A stretch of 63,855 nt of DNA, filler included, from Octopus bimaculoides (Eukaryota): the NCBI RefSeq assembly GCF_001194135.2. It is 6 parts of 5 records of this genome, joined end to end, with 100 filler letters (N's around TTAATTAATTAA, not from the genome) between each part and the next. Parts side by side here need not be neighbours in the genome. Positions count along the whole stretch, not along the records: positions 55,848 to 62,537 come from NC_068986.1; positions 62,638 to 63,855 come from NW_026421971.1; 4 more parts are not named here. One strand, 5' to 3'. Position numbers and translations under genes: made by a program. The notes under the pieces are model-generated. The model was not told the origin of the DNA and ran no database searches. It saw only the letters and a program-made list of their open reading frames with translations. This document shows positions 61,450 through 63,855 of the stretch, piece by piece; position 1 is the stretch's first letter; every line of letters begins with the position of its first letter.

Positions 61450-62161
61450 ACTGACTTTTCTATCTTCGATCGCATTTTTTACATAGACGTATTCGTATAC
61501 AAAACGCCGTAACTTTCACTACTGGCTCTAATCTGTGACTTGTTTTATGCTCCTCGGAACAAGCTTAACGCGTTGTCTTGATATTAGATGCACCCACATG
61601 ACTTATGATTAACAGAAACGAAATCATGTCCCCTCAGATATCTTGGAACCCCTTTTCAAGCTAACATGAGTCTTTTGCTAAGTTTAAAGTTCAAAATCAT
61701 GAAGTACTCGGTGCTTAAATCTTTTAGGATAATTATAATTATTACTAGTTCGTGTAACTTTTCAGGTTGATTGCCTAATCATCCTTTTTGTATCTGTTTC
61801 GGCTTTATTGATCAAAGTATTCGACCGGTGCTTATTTCATTGATCTTTGAAGGATGAAAGTCAATTCAGGTGCAATTAGAACGCAAAAACTAGAATCATT
61901 AATGTTTTTCTGTCTTCCTCAAATTCATCTTTTTGTTTTGTTTGCTTTTTTTATGGGTTAGCTTAGAGGAAAGCATTGCTCATGATCTTTCGCAGGATCA
62001 CCAACACTGTTTGGAAGTAAAGGAGGAAGGTATCCTCAAACTGGAGATGATAACTAGCTGCTTGCAAAAGAGCAGATTTAGCTATAGAGACCCAAGGACT
62101 AGAAAGTTGTGTTAAACATAACGACCGATTAAGTCTACCACCAATATTAAATTTACCATTA

Positions 62162-62250
62162 AGGCGGTGAGCTTGCAGAATTGTTAGCCCGTCGGACGAA
62201 ATGCTTAGTGGTATTTCGTCTGTGTGACACCGGTTGAAATGCTTAGCGGT
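62162..62250 (+). mobile_element. SINE head, family of 1681-1837
   Basis: aggcggtgagcttgcagaattgttagcccgtcggacgaaatgcttagtggtatttcgtc. Confidence 0.75.
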
Positions 62251-62537
62251 GTAGCGACTCCGTGAGATTGGATTGTTACTAGTTATTTGAGTGCGTCTGT
62301 ACAGTAAGTGCAAGTTTCCATTAACTGTTTTTGTGTGTTCTTGTCATAACTATTGTGTGATAGTCTTCGTTTGAAAACTATCGTGTGGTTCCCCTATGGG
62401 GGAAACAGTAATTGCTGGCAAGATGCCGAATAATGTACCTTCGTCTGGCGAAGAGGAGTCAACTGGAGAAAAAAATATAGAAAATTTATTGTTTGGAGAA
62501 GTTTCGGATTCTTCTGAAGAGGAGTTTCCAAAGATAT

Positions 62538-62637
62538 NNNNNNNNNNNNNNNNNNNNNNNNNNNNNNNNNNNNNNNNNNNNTTAATTAATTAANNNNNNN
62601 NNNNNNNNNNNNNNNNNNNNNNNNNNNNNNNNNNNNN
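62538..62637. other. Artificial scaffold join: 44N + TTAATTAATTAA + 44N
   Basis: Same structure as 12821-12920. Confidence 0.95.
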
Positions 62638-62829
62638 CTATCTATCTATCTATCTATCTATCTGTATGTCTGCCCGTCCATCCGTCCTTCTGTCTGTCCG
62701 TCCACCTGTCCGTCTGTCCATTTGCCGATAAAAAATACGATACATATATATCATTGTCATCTAATTCTCTTGCTTATTCAAGTGAACTGTCCTCTTCTCC
62801 CCCATTCCGTCACACACACACACATACAT

Positions 62830-62976
62830 ATATACGGGCTTCTTTCAGTTTCCATCTTCCAATCCACATACAAAGTTTTGCTCAGCCCGGTGGCTTGAGT
62901 AAAAGGGCTTCACGCAAGGTGCCGCGCAGAGGGACTGAACCCGGAACCATCTAACTTCTTACCGCACAGTCACGCC
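62830..62976 (-). mobile_element. OK-like SINE 5' half
   Basis: cgggcttctttcagtttcc...caaggtgccgcgcagagggactgaacccggaacc...cttcttaccgcacag is the reverse complement of the 12490-12650 type. Confidence 0.8.
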
Positions 62977-63039
62977 TGATTATTAAACACGCATTAATGT
63001 ATTCTATCATGTGTATTTAATTAATTACATTGTAATGGA

Positions 63040-63235
63040 AGTGGGAAGCGCGTGGCTTCGTGGTTACGGTGTTCGACTCCCGATCGTGAGATCCTGGTTT
63101 CGATTCTTGGCGTGGGCAATGTCTTCTTTTCTTGAGCGAGACACCTTGTTTCACTTTGTTTTAAGCCCCCATCCAGCTATACATATGAGTTACCCCGCGA
63201 AAGACTGGCGTCTCGTTCAGGGTGTGATGGGGTGG
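63040..63235 (+). mobile_element. tRNA-derived SINE of another family
   Basis: A-box-like gcgcgtggcttcgtggtta and B-box-like ggtttcgattc, then cttgagcgagacacc and ccgcgaaagactggcgtctcgttcagggtg. Confidence 0.65.
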
Positions 63236-63855
63236 TGTTGGTGTATGTGTGGGGGGGAGGCGGTTAGGGTTGTGATCGCGTTTACTTGTGCACCATGGAA
63301 TCCGGGTGACGGGACCTGTGAGTTAGTGAGCTCGAAGCGGTACTTTTCAGCCGTTGATGATGATGATGATGTCGATGGTGATGATGATGATGATGATAAT
63401 CATCAAGTTGATGCTGTTGCTGATGGTGAAGTTGATGATAGCGAAGACGATGCTGATACTGATGATGTAGATGATAATGATGATGTCGATGATGACGATG
63501 CTGATGGAGATGATGGTGATGATGATGATGGGAACCGATATAAATATGGCTTGATTTGTTTGATGAATCGCCAGTCAAGCTTTACAGAGAGAGAGAGAGA
63601 GAGAATAAATGAAAAGACAGAGAGCAAATACCAAAAGGGTCATACTAAGCTTGGTGGCAGACGAAGAGTATAAACCGGCGCCGTCTACACTCAGATATTC
63701 TGTGACGGAGAAAGAATCGAAACAGCAAAGATGGAGAAGATACGGCAGAGAATGAGTGAATGAGATTGAAATTATGCGAGGAATTGTACAAATGAGAAAT
63801 CTGTTTTTATCTTATTGTAATGGTAATACAAATGGTTCCTTTGAAAATTGGTAGA

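Larger units (their letters stand above)
60600..61525 (+). mobile_element. Penelope-like pseudo-LTR cluster: two direct copies plus one inverted segment
   Basis: 60690-60925 matches 61061-61083 plus 61306-61520 as a direct repeat. 60605-60690 matches the reverse complement of 60965-61050. Each direct copy carries a hammerhead-like core. Confidence 0.7.

Noticed and set aside
63011-63673. 220-aa ORF with an Asp-rich tract
   Set aside because: It is composed of a SINE, a degenerate (GAT)n and (GA)n, with no coding signature.

Overview
AT-rich, microsatellite-dense, gap-ridden eukaryotic genomic DNA. From memory the SINE families look like Octopus repeats, so the source is probably an octopus assembly (inference, no search run). 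I find no intact protein-coding gene. Almost every ORF in the track is a simple-repeat or N-spanning artefact. The real content is a graveyard of mobile elements: 5'-truncated REL-endonuclease (R4/Dong-like) LINEs sitting in (AAT)n tracts, Penelope-like fragments, Gypsy RT and integrase pieces, CR1/L2, maT, mariner, Tigger/pogo and piggyBac relics, several MITEs and many tRNA-head SINEs. The most interesting items are: (i) minimal type I hammerhead ribozyme motifs at 35926-36000 and 61392-61449, with a broken twin at 60798-60848; (ii) a young 586-bp MITE with 37-bp perfect GG-terminal TIRs, an exact 8-bp TSD and a central (CCCTAA)n/(TTAGGG)n palindrome, plus a second GG-TIR MITE with telomeric repeats; (iii) a head-to-tail 658-bp-period RTE-like unit containing repeated hairpin+pseudoknot modules; (iv) weak hints of a host gene (a promoter/first-exon-like site near 29.7 kb and small minus-strand exon candidates at 35.0 and 41.6 kb). 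Five 44N-TTAATTAATTAA-44N spacers are artificial scaffold joins, so adjacency across them is not evidence of biology. I see no convincing wholly new system; the best leads are retroelement ribozymes and telomeric-core MITEs.
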